Notes under the pieces: generated by a model
The model's database searches: none
Told to the model about the DNA's origin: nothing
Seen by the model: the letters and a program-made list of their open reading frames with translations, nothing else
IMG/VR virus record: IMGVR_UViG_3300017716_001697
Coordinates: 224,001 to 288,000 of that record
Direction: 5' to 3' (one strand)
Origin: a virus
Lineage: Duplodnaviria; Caudoviricetes
Length of the DNA: 64,000 bases
Shown: positions 1-8,824 of the stretch, one piece after another
Layout of the letters: every line of letters begins with the position of its first letter
How positions within the stretch are numbered: the first letter of the stretch is position 1
Position numbers and translations under genes: made by a program

Positions 1-5
1 CTGGT

Positions 6-1202
6 TTGCCGTTTCCTGCATTCGCTACATTTGCTAATGAACTGATCGCTCGCAACCTAACGGGCGGTGCTGCGATTACTGCAATCGAGCAGCTCATGGC
101 TATCGCAACCAATGACGAGTGGAATGGCTGGTATCGTCCGATTCTTATTAAGGACTTAGGCTCTGGATTCAGTGAGTCCACTGTTAACAAGGCGGTTAAG
201 GGCGTTAATCCGGCATACATTATCCCTGTTACTCCTTACATGCGGTGTAGTCTGCCACCTAAGTCCAACATGGACACATGGGACTACTCTGAAGGTGTGT
301 ATTCACAAATCAAAGCAGACGGAATGTTTGCTTATGTGAATGTAAGCAAGGATGGTTTCGTGCAGATTACTTCACGTGGCGGTACAGTGATGCCACAGGG
401 CGTACTCGGTATCGAGGATGCTGCGTCAAAGACTTTCCGACACGGTACAAGCACACACGGCGAGCTGACAGTGTATCGTAACGGTGTGATGCTGGAACGT
501 CAGGTCGGTAATGGTATTCTGAATTCTGTATCCAAGGGCGGTGAGTTTGGCCCTGGTGAAGTTGTTGTATTTGATTGCTGGGATCAGATCCCACTGGAAC
601 ACTTTGTTTCTAAAGGCAAGTACAAGGTTACATACCATAATCGTTTCGTCGATCTGGAAGCACAACTAGCTGCCAGTGCATCCGATCAAATCAAAATGAT
701 CGAAACAAAGATTGTGTACAGTCCAGATGAATTGCTGGCACACTATCGTGATGCTCGTAAGCGTAAGCTGGAAGGCACTGTAGGCAAATGGCGTCACGGT
801 GAATGGAAGGACGGCACAAGTAAGGACCAAGTAAAGCAGAAGGAAGTGATCGATGTTGAGCTTGAAATCAAAGGTTTTACCGTTGGTAAAAACAAGTTTG
901 CACACTTGTTTGGCTCGCTCATCTGCCGTAGTAGCTGCGACCTGCTAGAAGTCAACGCTTCGGGTATCCCGGATGATTTACGAATTGAAATTAGCAACAA
1001 CCGCGACAAGTACATGAATAGTATTGCTACCATTCGCTCGAACGGTATCATGTATTCCACTAAGGAAGGTAAGTTGCATTCGCTGTTCCTGCCACGCCTA
1101 ATTGAACTGCGTGATGACAAAACGGTTGCTGACTCGTTCGAATACATTGAAGAGCAATTTGCTGCTGCAATGGGCACTGAAGAAGTAGAGGTCGAAGAAT
1201 GA
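6..1202 (+). CDS. lig: ATP-dependent DNA ligase (T4 gp30-like), 5' truncated by window edge
   Basis: Motif I KxDG (SQIKADGMF), motif III GELT, VFDC, motif IV EGTVGK, motif V KQK, C-terminal OB fold ending LFLPRLIELRDDK. Confidence 0.93.
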   Translation: MPFPAFATFANELIARNLTGGAAITAIEQLMAIATNDEWNGWYRPILIKDLGSGFSESTVNKAVKGVNPAYIIPVTPYMRCSLPPKSNMDTWDYSEGVYSQIKADGMFAYVNVSKDGFVQITSRGGTVMPQGVLGIEDAASKTFRHGTSTHGELTVYRNGVMLERQVGNGILNSVSKGGEFGPGEVVVFDCWDQIPLEHFVSKGKYKVTYHNRFVDLEAQLAASASDQIKMIETKIVYSPDELLAHYRDARKRKLEGTVGKWRHGEWKDGTSKDQVKQKEVIDVELEIKGFTVGKNKFAHLFGSLICRSSCDLLEVNASGIPDDLRIEISNNRDKYMNSIATIRSNGIMYSTKEGKLHSLFLPRLIELRDDKTVADSFEYIEEQFAAAMGTEEVEVEE

Positions 1203-1357
1203 GCTTTACAGAACAGACACCATATCGCAGAGGATATGAGGATGCGCAGAACGGTAAGGAGTTCTATGAGAATCCATTCTTCCCCGGTACACCGGATCAC
1301 AACCAATATCGTGACGGTTGGGAAGATGTTGCAGGCGAAATAGGGGAAGAAGAATGA
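1199..1357 (+). CDS. Rmf (ribosome modulation factor)-like small protein, 52 aa
   Basis: Translated by hand: MSFTEQTPYRRGYEDAQNGKEFYENPFFPGTPDHNQYRDGWEDVAGEIGEEE; Y.RGY...G.....NP......Y..GW pattern; ATGA overlaps at both ends. Confidence 0.55.
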   Translation: MSFTEQTPYRRGYEDAQNGKEFYENPFFPGTPDHNQYRDGWEDVAGEIGEEE

Positions 1358-1740
1358 AATCGCATGAATTAGCTGCTTTATTGTTGTCTCAACCTGACGT
1401 AGAGGTGGTAGCAAAAGGCGAGTGGGGATCAGAAATCATCACAGGGACAGTAATGGTAAAGCCTGCAGATGGTAATGCGGTGTATACCGATGCTGAATTG
1501 CAATCAATACGTGATGCTGTTGTTGAGTTCGATACAAAAGACTTTGCCGGCGAATACAATACAATGATTGAAGACATTAACGCAACGGCTGATCCGAAAC
1601 ATATCAAAGAACAGTTAGAGTATTGGGGTTCTCTGGAAAAATATACAGAAGTGTTTGCACGTGGCAGGGTGTACAATATGGAAATTCTAAATGCGTGTGA
1701 CACCGCTGAATATCAACTATTGCTGGTAGTGGAGACATGA
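1354..1740 (+). CDS. hypothetical protein
   Basis: ATG at 1354 overlaps the previous stop (ATGA); MKSHELAALL. Confidence 0.8.
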   Translation: MKSHELAALLLSQPDVEVVAKGEWGSEIITGTVMVKPADGNAVYTDAELQSIRDAVVEFDTKDFAGEYNTMIEDINATADPKHIKEQLEYWGSLEKYTEVFARGRVYNMEILNACDTAEYQLLLVVET

Positions 1741-2063
1741 AACAAGAAACTGCTATAACCCGTGTGTGGGCTCTTATCAGCACACGAAAGTATGTTGAAG
1801 CTGATGCGCTGATGCGTAAGTATAGACGCAAGTTTGGTAATCGCAAATTCGATTATTGGATGCGTCTTAACATCTTAAATGGACTTTGGGAACTGGAGTG
1901 CGAAATGATACAAAAATATCCATCAGCGTATTACTGCCACATAGGCACTGAACACTACATGATGTGCGAAGGAATTCGTAGCAGACATGTGACAAAGGAA
2001 GAAGTGATTGGATTGTGCAAGAAATACAATGCAGAACATAATCTGCCGAATGTAACATTATGA
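1737..2063 (+). CDS. hypothetical protein
   Basis: ATGA-coupled ORF in the operon. Confidence 0.75.
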   Translation: MKQETAITRVWALISTRKYVEADALMRKYRRKFGNRKFDYWMRLNILNGLWELECEMIQKYPSAYYCHIGTEHYMMCEGIRSRHVTKEEVIGLCKKYNAEHNLPNVTL

Positions 2064-2371
2064 ACTTCGTATTTGTTAGACTGTGTGATAACGACTTTCA
2101 GAGTCTTGCTGAAGCAACAGAATACGTCTGGAAGAACAAAGAGCATCCGCTTACTGAAGCAGAGTTTAAGCACTTTGTGGTAAACTATGTTGTGTTCCAG
2201 AATAGCGTAAGAAGAATTGGTAAAAACTTCATGAACAAGGACCATGAACACACACGCAAATATTTAGAAGGTCGCATCAAGGTCGAATACGTTGATATCA
2301 AACCAAACGTCGATCACGATGGTGGTAGCGTTATTCTGGATGTAAATACAGGATATACCTGGAGAACATAA
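2060..2371 (+). CDS. hypothetical protein
   Basis: ATGA-coupled ORF. Confidence 0.8.
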   Translation: MNFVFVRLCDNDFQSLAEATEYVWKNKEHPLTEAEFKHFVVNYVVFQNSVRRIGKNFMNKDHEHTRKYLEGRIKVEYVDIKPNVDHDGGSVILDVNTGYTWRT

Positions 2372-3189
2372 TGGCGCAGCACGCACACTACTGGTCGTGT
2401 TCCACATTTGCAGATTGGCTGCGTGGTACACCAAAATTGAAGTCAGGAACAAGCAAACAGTGGTCTGAGTGGAAAAAGGCTGCACGTAAGGCGCATCCGC
2501 ATCGGTATTGGATGGCCGAAGAAGCATTGGGTAAGATTCAGGATGCAGTAACTTGGCCTGTGCGATCACTCTACGACATCAAATATTATTGCGTTAATAG
2601 ATGGGTTACCAAATCACATGCTCTTACTGCTCATTCAACAGACATTAAACCCGGCGCGTGGTGCGATCTGAGCAACAGATTCCTGTTCTGCATGTTCAAC
2701 GAGTTGGTTGACTTTGTAGAAATCGAGACTGCATGGAGTCACATTGCATGGGGCGACAAAGAGCTACGTGAAAAATATGACGCACCGTGGAATGCAACAG
2801 GATGGTTCCGCACACGTAAATGGCGTAGTGCCGAAGCTGGATTAGACCATCTCAAATGGGCAAGTGAACTAACGTGGCCAGAGGACAACACAGGCGAACC
2901 CACGTCCCAAGCACTCACTGCTATTAAAATTCGAATGCTGTATGATTGGTGGAAAAATGTTCGACCTGCCAGGCCTGATCCTTACGATGCAAGTGGATGG
3001 AGTGAAATTTGCGATGCACGCCGTGAGCGTGACGGTGATAGCATCTTCGGCGAAGATCGTTCAGACGAAGAGCGTGCCCAAAGTAAGGTAGCATTAGACA
3101 AGCTGCACGAAATCGAAGAGCGGTACGAAGACGAAGACGAAACTATGATGATCCAGCTTATTAAGATAAGAAAAGGATTGTGGACATAA
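2371..3189 (+). CDS. Trp-rich hypothetical phage protein, 272 aa
   Basis: TAATG coupling; long ORF with normal codon usage. Confidence 0.85.
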   Translation: MAQHAHYWSCSTFADWLRGTPKLKSGTSKQWSEWKKAARKAHPHRYWMAEEALGKIQDAVTWPVRSLYDIKYYCVNRWVTKSHALTAHSTDIKPGAWCDLSNRFLFCMFNELVDFVEIETAWSHIAWGDKELREKYDAPWNATGWFRTRKWRSAEAGLDHLKWASELTWPEDNTGEPTSQALTAIKIRMLYDWWKNVRPARPDPYDASGWSEICDARRERDGDSIFGEDRSDEERAQSKVALDKLHEIEERYEDEDETMMIQLIKIRKGLWT

Positions 3190-3308
3190 TTAATTTCTGA
3201 AATGGGGATGCGCTGGATGTAATATGTCATCGGGCCCTACAAGTATGCCTTCGTGACCATTCAGTGGCTGGTTCAAGACCAGCGCAGGAATTTTAAAGGA
3301 TAAAATAT

Positions 3309-3509
3309 ATGGAAGATACAGTTCAAATAACTATTACCTCGTGTGATAAATGTCCACAGGTAGCAATTAGACGCCACTACACTGCTGATTCGTTTGAGCA
3401 TGTTATGGCATGGGAGTGTAGGAAAAGCGACATGAAGCACATCACATTCAACGAGTGGAATGATCCAAAACCGCCTATACCGAAGTGGTGTTTGCTTCGT
3501 AAGGGTTAA
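3309..3509 (+). CDS. small Cys-containing hypothetical protein
   Basis: CDKC...C...WC; AGGA upstream. Confidence 0.7.
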   Translation: MEDTVQITITSCDKCPQVAIRRHYTADSFEHVMAWECRKSDMKHITFNEWNDPKPPIPKWCLLRKG

Positions 3510-3511
3510 GA

Positions 3512-3850
3512 ATGGGAGTATCTACAAATTTTTACACAATATACGGAGTACGCACTGAGTGGGACAGCGATTTCTCAGAGGCGTATGACGAAGTATACAA
3601 AGATCCCGATGTACCATTTGTGTTGATGGATAGCATGGGTGGCGAATATTTTATATTTGGTATTGTGTTATTCAACTCTGGCGATATGCGCTGGGGATTC
3701 GAAAATGGTGATGCATTCAAAGAAATTGATTTAGGCGCGCTATCGGGATTAGAAACAGAATATCGTCAGAAATTTATTCCTAAATTTCCGCAATTTGCAT
3801 CATTGATTGACCAACCATTTAAACTAATGACTCTTGCCCATTACGGATGA
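3512..3850 (+). CDS. hypothetical protein
   Basis: ORF adjacent to the previous gene. Confidence 0.8.
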   Translation: MGVSTNFYTIYGVRTEWDSDFSEAYDEVYKDPDVPFVLMDSMGGEYFIFGIVLFNSGDMRWGFENGDAFKEIDLGALSGLETEYRQKFIPKFPQFASLIDQPFKLMTLAHYG

Positions 3851-3871
3851 ATTCATCCGATTTACAAGCTG

Positions 3872-3879
3872 TATAAATA
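3872..3879 (+). promoter_or_regulatory. T4-like late promoter TATAAATA
   Basis: Exact TATAAATA in an intergenic gap 16 nt upstream of ATG 3895. Confidence 0.6.
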
Positions 3880-3894
3880 GCATTATAATTAGAT

Positions 3895-4068
3895 ATGAAC
3901 AAAAGAGGACGGCGAGAAGCATTGATGGAAAGGCGGCGAGGCCCTAAGCCACTAAAGACTCGCGAACAATGGATAGCAGAAATGCAAGAACAGTGGAATC
4001 AGATAAAGGAATATAAAGAAATAAATCCCGAAAGTGTAAGGATTGCTAAAGAATTAGGTTTGAAGTAA
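3895..4068 (+). CDS. basic 57-aa hypothetical protein, probably late
   Basis: MNKRGRREALMERRRGPKPLKTREQWIAEMQEQWNQIKEYKEINPESVRIAKELGLK; translated by hand. Confidence 0.65.
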   Translation: MNKRGRREALMERRRGPKPLKTREQWIAEMQEQWNQIKEYKEINPESVRIAKELGLK

Positions 4069-4070
4069 AT

Positions 4071-4228
4071 CACAACTGATGAGCCTGTAAGGGCGAAATC
4101 ACAGAACTTGTAGAACTGTTTGGGAACCTTTTAACTCGGTGTATACAACATCCGAAAGGATGCCCGTAAGGAAACGAAGGGAACTGCCTGAGACTAGGAT
4201 ATAGGACTTCTCGTTCTGTGATATTGTG
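4071..4228 (+). ncRNA. type I hammerhead ribozyme with about 105-nt insertion in loop III
   Basis: Stem I CACAA(4071-75)/TTGTG(4224-28); core CTGATGA 4076-82; stem II GCCT-GTAA-GGGC; GAAA 4095-98; 10-bp stem III ATCACAGAAC(4098-4107)/GTTCTGTGAT(4213-22); cleavage triplet AUA, cut after 4223. Confidence 0.85.
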
Positions 4229-4510
4229 TTAGAAAGGTTGATCCACTGGCTTTCACTGCCCACTGGCTTGCTGCTTAAAATTGGCCGCCATGGATTTGTA
4301 CTAAGGATCAAAGGTAACTTGCGCTCATCCAAACGCAGAAGGAGATATATCCAAAGGATCTTTAACCAACTCTAATAGACGATGATAGTAGGGCAAAATA
4401 TTAACGCCCGAGCCACTTACTCGTACCGATAGCCGGGGTGTAATGCATATAGATTATAAATGTAGTATAGATAGAGTTAGGAAGGTAGTAATACTGAAAC
4501 TAACAGGAGT

Positions 4511-4538
4511 AAGCCCATGTAACAGTGGGCTTTCTTTT
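4511..4538 (+). terminator. rho-independent terminator
   Basis: AAGCCCA-TGTAACAG-TGGGCTT followed by TCTTTT. Confidence 0.75.
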
Positions 4539-4553
4539 GACTTAAAATAGCAG

Positions 4554-4582
4554 TTGACAAGATTGACAAACTACGTTACAAT
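4554..4582 (+). promoter_or_regulatory. sigma70-type early promoter
   Basis: TTGACA 4554-59, 17 nt, TACAAT 4577-82; AAGGAG RBS before ATG 4605. Confidence 0.75.
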
Positions 4583-4604
4583 ATAAGCATACAAAGGAGA
4601 TAGT

Positions 4605-4940
4605 ATGAACAATTCTGTAAAAGGCTGGTTGGGTGGTGTGGGTTTTATCGCAACAGGTATTGCCGTTGTGTTCGGTATGGCGTATGGCAGTTTCGCACTG
4701 TATTCATACTTCAATCCAAAGTACACCGCCGTGAATAACCAAACATTCAAGGAATCGCAACAGTACAACGACGGTATGGTTCGTGATCTGGAAAACCTGC
4801 AGATGGAATACATCAATGGCGACCAGGGTAAGAAAGACGCTATACGTGCCATTGTGTTGCATCGCTTCTCCGTCTACCCAATGGACAAGATGCCTATCAA
4901 TCTCCGCAATTTTTACAACTCTCTTAAGTCTGGAAACTAA
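4605..4940 (+). CDS. membrane-anchored hypothetical protein
   Basis: N-terminal TM helix; RBS AAGGAG. Confidence 0.85.
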   Translation: MNNSVKGWLGGVGFIATGIAVVFGMAYGSFALYSYFNPKYTAVNNQTFKESQQYNDGMVRDLENLQMEYINGDQGKKDAIRAIVLHRFSVYPMDKMPINLRNFYNSLKSGN

Positions 4941-4942
4941 AA

Positions 4943-5407
4943 ATGAAATACACACTAATCCTTGCTATTCTCTCTGTTGCAGCATTGTCTGCTTGCAATG
5001 AAACGAGCACTGAAATTCAGCAGCGACAACAAGAACAAGTCAGTCTGCAAGGAGCTCAATCGGTTGGCATGCCGGCTATCACAAATTTTGCTGAAAAGCG
5101 GATGATGAAGGACATCATCGAGATGCGTGACCAGAGCGTTGCTACCATTACTTATATCGTTGGCATGAACAATGAATATAAGAAACTGTGCAACAGTGTT
5201 GGTTTTGGTCTTCCGTATGCTACGCAATACACGAACCCAATGCGGTCACAGCAATACGGACCGATTCCACAGGCTGATCCAAATGGTTTGTTTAGCCCAT
5301 CTTCGGCTGAAGGTACATGGATTCTGTGTGTGAATCCGGAGACAAAGAAAGCGGTCCCAATCTATGTGGAACCACGTGTCATCATTAGTCAATTCGAACT
5401 GAAGTGA
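4943..5407 (+). CDS. lipoprotein
   Basis: Signal peptide with lipobox LSA-C (MKYTLILAILSVAALSAC). Confidence 0.8.
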   Translation: MKYTLILAILSVAALSACNETSTEIQQRQQEQVSLQGAQSVGMPAITNFAEKRMMKDIIEMRDQSVATITYIVGMNNEYKKLCNSVGFGLPYATQYTNPMRSQQYGPIPQADPNGLFSPSSAEGTWILCVNPETKKAVPIYVEPRVIISQFELK

Positions 5408-5414
5408 GTTTAGC

Positions 5415-5870
5415 ATGAAAAAGGGCGAAGAACTTTCCACAATGATCTTGTTGGCCGTAAATGGTCACTCGGGTCAATTTGATAGGGGCGGTAATCCATA
5501 CATCTTGCATACACTGAAAGTGATGCATTATCTGAAATCAGACGACGAAGCATTGCAGGCAATGGCTGTAGGGCATGACCTTATCGAAGATACAAAAACG
5601 ACATACAAAGATCTCCGTGACGCAGGAATTAGCGAGCGTGTAATCGACGGTATCCGTGCACTGACTAAAGTGCCTGGTCAGACTCTGGAAGAATACAAGG
5701 AAGCTGTATTCGCTAATGTTGATGCGATGCGTGTGAAACTAGCTGACCTGCGTCACAACAGTGACATTAGACGCCTCAAAGGTGTCACTGAAAAAGACAT
5801 CGCAAGGATTGCAAAATATATGCAATTCTATACTGAAATTCAGGCAAGGCTTGACCAACCGAAAGGCTAA
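5415..5870 (+). CDS. HD-domain hydrolase, RelA/SpoT (p)ppGpp hydrolase / Mesh1-like
   Basis: GQ.DRGG.PYILH, HDLIEDT and VKLADLRHN motifs. Confidence 0.8.
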   Translation: MKKGEELSTMILLAVNGHSGQFDRGGNPYILHTLKVMHYLKSDDEALQAMAVGHDLIEDTKTTYKDLRDAGISERVIDGIRALTKVPGQTLEEYKEAVFANVDAMRVKLADLRHNSDIRRLKGVTEKDIARIAKYMQFYTEIQARLDQPKG

Positions 5871-5871
5871 C

Positions 5872-6303
5872 ATGAAAGTGCATATTGAAGCTAACACAAA
5901 CGGTAAAGGTGCGCATTCAGAAGAAGCCCGCAAAGTCCTAATCACAGAAGTTAAGATCGGATATTCAAACCAAGAGTATTATCCGGAATCTGACTTTGCT
6001 GGCGAATTGCGTGCGTATTTTGACCCCACAGGATTGTCGCCCGGTGCGTGGAATGTGGATGCATATGGGTTCATCTGCACCGACAAGCAATGGTTGAGAG
6101 AATTCAAGGGTGGATTGCGAGCACTGGGAATCAGTATCAAGGGTGCGCAAAATATCAAATACGGCGAACAGAGCCTCCAGCGCCACAATTATGTGTCAAT
6201 GGATATCGGGCCTGTGTTTTATGCATCGTGGAAACGGGTTAACAGGGAAAAGGCAAAAGAAGATGAAATCAACTCTGCTCTATCTTCTATCACTGCCGGG
6301 TAG
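5872..6303 (+). CDS. hypothetical protein, paralogue of 44365-44760
   Basis: Shared T.G.G, GELR.YF, W....G.I.TD and Y.EQ..Q..NYVS.D motifs. Confidence 0.8.
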   Translation: MKVHIEANTNGKGAHSEEARKVLITEVKIGYSNQEYYPESDFAGELRAYFDPTGLSPGAWNVDAYGFICTDKQWLREFKGGLRALGISIKGAQNIKYGEQSLQRHNYVSMDIGPVFYASWKRVNREKAKEDEINSALSSITAG

Positions 6304-6481
6304 GCTTATTGGCCTTGCGGTAGTGTTATGTATCATGTGTTATTATATGGTTAAGCACATGAGACACAACAAACGAACCATAGGAGTATATTGGAATGAT
6401 ATCGACTAAAGTAGTGTTATTAGTATGCCTTGTGGTGTTCGTTGGACTGATCCTGGTTTACGCATATCACCACATCAATAA

Positions 6482-6772
6482 ATGAATAATTTAAAATTGG
6501 TGCAGCAGGTAAACGAAGCGGTATACGGGACACATAACTATCGCTTCTTTACAGACGAAACTGGCAGCACATATGTGAAACGTACACCAAATAACGATGG
6601 CCCTATTCTGTGGAATCATGGTGTCATTGTCGAATCAATTAGCGTCGAGGAAGACGACTTCGACTGTATGATTCGGTGCGGAATGTTGCGCAAATGGTCT
6701 ACGTTGCAAGAGGCAATTACTTTCGTTGAGGGCAGGTTCTATGCCAGTTACGAATGTAAAGACGGCCTGTAA
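6482..6772 (+). CDS. hypothetical protein
   Basis: ORF track; plausible composition. Confidence 0.65.
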   Translation: MNNLKLVQQVNEAVYGTHNYRFFTDETGSTYVKRTPNNDGPILWNHGVIVESISVEEDDFDCMIRCGMLRKWSTLQEAITFVEGRFYASYECKDGL

Positions 6773-6784
6773 TTCACAAAGTTG

Positions 6785-6835
6785 TTGACATATAGTGCAT
6801 CCTGCGTTATAATAAACACATGGCAACAAAGGATC
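6785..6835 (+). promoter_or_regulatory. early promoter-leader-RBS cassette
   Basis: TTGACA 6785, TATAAT 6808, AAACACATGGCAACAAAGGA leader. Confidence 0.85.
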
Positions 6836-6838
6836 ATC

Positions 6839-7147
6839 ATGAAGACATCAGAAATATTCCGTAAGGCAAAGAAACTTGTGACATATAAACCCGATAATGT
6901 CCATCGCAGATACATCTGCTTCGGCATTGAGGATTCGGATATTTCGTACAAAGATTCAGATAGGGCAAGGAAAATTATTAATCAGCGGCTTGGCCGTGGT
7001 TGCAACTCGCTGGAAGAGTGGCTGAATAAGAAAGGGTATGCACCCAGGCATTTTGGATTAACTAGGGCACATCGTATCAAAATGCAGAAGACACGGCATG
7101 CATGGTTGGATTCATTAATCAAAGAATTCGAAGCAAAAGGGGATTGA
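6839..7147 (+). CDS. hypothetical protein, family with 32517 and 32824
   Basis: YIC..I...ARKII..RL...LE.WL...WLDSLI.EF..KGD shared; true start 6839 after the RBS. Confidence 0.85.
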   Translation: MKTSEIFRKAKKLVTYKPDNVHRRYICFGIEDSDISYKDSDRARKIINQRLGRGCNSLEEWLNKKGYAPRHFGLTRAHRIKMQKTRHAWLDSLIKEFEAKGD

Positions 7148-7148
7148 T

Positions 7149-7562
7149 ATGCATCCACTATTTCAAGAATGGAAAGACGCAGTCAACATACTATCGCTTG
7201 TTGAAATTGATCTTGAGAATGCAATCAGGGCACAATTTGCAGTAGAGAAGATGGCGTTCTTTGAAGTGTTCGGTAAAGACACTACACGTCGTGGCGCAGA
7301 ACTGTACGACGATCGACATATCAATTATTACGATATTGATGATGACGGTTGTCTGGAAGCGTGGATTTACGGATCGTATGGTGGCGAAAACTATATGAAG
7401 TGGGAGCGCAGCTTAATTGACAAGACAGGTGATGAACTGTATTACCACTTTATCAGCGTGTTCACAACGCTCAAAGAACATGAAGAAAACGAAGCTCGTA
7501 AATCAAAAGATGCTAAACGGGCACAACTGATAGCAGAACTTGCTGAACTCGATAAAGTATAA
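7149..7562 (+). CDS. hypothetical protein
   Basis: Coupled ORF. Confidence 0.8.
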   Translation: MHPLFQEWKDAVNILSLVEIDLENAIRAQFAVEKMAFFEVFGKDTTRRGAELYDDRHINYYDIDDDGCLEAWIYGSYGGENYMKWERSLIDKTGDELYYHFISVFTTLKEHEENEARKSKDAKRAQLIAELAELDKV

Positions 7563-7563
7563 C

Positions 7564-7710
7564 ATGACGAACAACGAATTACTGGCAGTCACATCTAAAC
7601 TCGCGTACGAGTGGGTGAAAACTGGTCATTGGAATTATGTGCAGTTTAGGCTATGGCTCGACGCAAAAATGGAAGAATGCGCTGAGCAAGCCTGGGCGCA
7701 AAGGGAATAA
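7564..7710 (+). CDS. small hypothetical protein, 48 aa
   Basis: Hand-translated MTNNELLAVTSKLAYEWVKTGHWN; fills the operon gap. Confidence 0.6.
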   Translation: MTNNELLAVTSKLAYEWVKTGHWNYVQFRLWLDAKMEECAEQAWAQRE

Positions 7711-7712
7711 TC

Positions 7713-8090
7713 ATGAAACCAATAAACGTATTCCCGCGTCGTATCTATGCTCGACAAATGCCGGGTTGGGTAGATTCCCCAAATCTTGCAAAGACAGTTT
7801 GGCTACGGATAAAAACAGGTTTAATCTGGTATGCTGTTGACTACGAAATCCTTTCACCAACATCTATCAGACTGTTTGTTTATGACATGGCTGATAGCTG
7901 CCACGGTGGCATTGGTAAGCAAATTTACACAACGGTGGTTACTGACCTGGAACCTGCTGAACAGGCTATGCTCGATGCTGTTGTGTTGCAAATTTATCAC
8001 GATGCTGCAGAACGAGTGATAAATGAACGCGCAGCGGCAAAATACGAAAAAGAAATTAGCAAAGTTCGAAAAGAACTATTTGGGGTATAA
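7713..8090 (+). CDS. hypothetical protein
   Basis: Coupled ORF. Confidence 0.8.
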   Translation: MKPINVFPRRIYARQMPGWVDSPNLAKTVWLRIKTGLIWYAVDYEILSPTSIRLFVYDMADSCHGGIGKQIYTTVVTDLEPAEQAMLDAVVLQIYHDAAERVINERAAAKYEKEISKVRKELFGV

Positions 8091-8092
8091 AC

Positions 8093-8251
8093 ATGAATTT
8101 TAGTTTTCGTGGTCGTCTAATCTTTATATCTTGTTTCACATCATTATTTTTCGGCCTATGGATGTCTAGCATATGGGCAGGATTCTTTATGATGGAACTA
8201 CTGTTGTTTGTTGCCGCCTGTTTAGATTACATGAAAGCCACGAATGATTAA
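8093..8251 (+). CDS. small membrane protein
   Basis: Hand-translated hydrophobic 52 aa filling the gap. Confidence 0.55.
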   Translation: MNFSFRGRLIFISCFTSLFFGLWMSSIWAGFFMMELLLFVAACLDYMKATND

Positions 8252-8498
8252 AGTGTCAATGATCAAGGTCATTCAAATCCGCCATACTTACATATATGAT
8301 GGTAAGGAACAAGGCTACAATAATAAATTTCAGAGACCTGGTGCCGCTGCCAAAGATTGGGCAACGTGGAAACGGGTTGAATGGGATCGTAGGTTCTTCG
8401 AGATAACATCCCGGAATCCTACTTCTGCCGAATCAAGGAGACAAGAAGCCCGCTATTACAACAAATCACTACCAATTTTTAAAAGGATGCTAGCATGA
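8244..8498 (+). CDS. hypothetical protein
   Basis: ORF in the operon. Confidence 0.7.
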   Translation: MIKVSMIKVIQIRHTYIYDGKEQGYNNKFQRPGAAAKDWATWKRVEWDRRFFEITSRNPTSAESRRQEARYYNKSLPIFKRMLA

Positions 8499-8761
8499 GT
8501 ACGTCGAAGACAAAATATATCATTGTGGACAGCTTCGGTGTACAGCTACCGGTTGTATTTCCTGAATTAATGGTCCACCAGGAGGTTGCCCAGGCGCTGG
8601 GTTTCGGCGACCGGGTGGTGGGCGCTGGCTTCTGTGAAGTAGGTGCAAATCACGATGGTACCGCCGATTACAACTGCTTCGGCGAAAGCATATCACTCCG
8701 CGTAATGAGCAGGCGCAGGCAGGATGCAGAGATTCTAAATAAATGGTGCAGAGGCTATTAA
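8495..8761 (+). CDS. hypothetical phage protein
   Basis: ATGA coupling; P.VFP...H..V....SAGF-like..C.GES.SL pattern. Confidence 0.8.
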   Translation: MSTSKTKYIIVDSFGVQLPVVFPELMVHQEVAQALGFGDRVVGAGFCEVGANHDGTADYNCFGESISLRVMSRRRQDAEILNKWCRGY

Positions 8762-8765
8762 GTTG

Positions 8766-8820
8766 TTGACATAGGACCCAACCTGCGCTATAATTAACAC
8801 ATAGCAAGCAACAAGGAGCA
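8766..8820 (+). promoter_or_regulatory. early promoter-leader-RBS cassette
   Basis: TTGACA 8766, TATAAT 8789, ACACATAGCAAGCAACAAGGAG. Confidence 0.85.
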
Positions 8821-8824
8821 TACA

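Noticed and set aside
4400-4445. Twister or pistol ribozyme near the 3' end of the hammerhead unit
   Set aside because: Only superficial word similarity; I could not assemble the required pseudoknots by eye.
6782-6838. N-terminal extensions in the ORF track (for example starts at 6782, 12843, 31975, 34776, 45140, 47795-48367)
   Set aside because: They start at TTG/GTG codons inside promoter -35/-10 elements; the true starts follow the cassette RBS.
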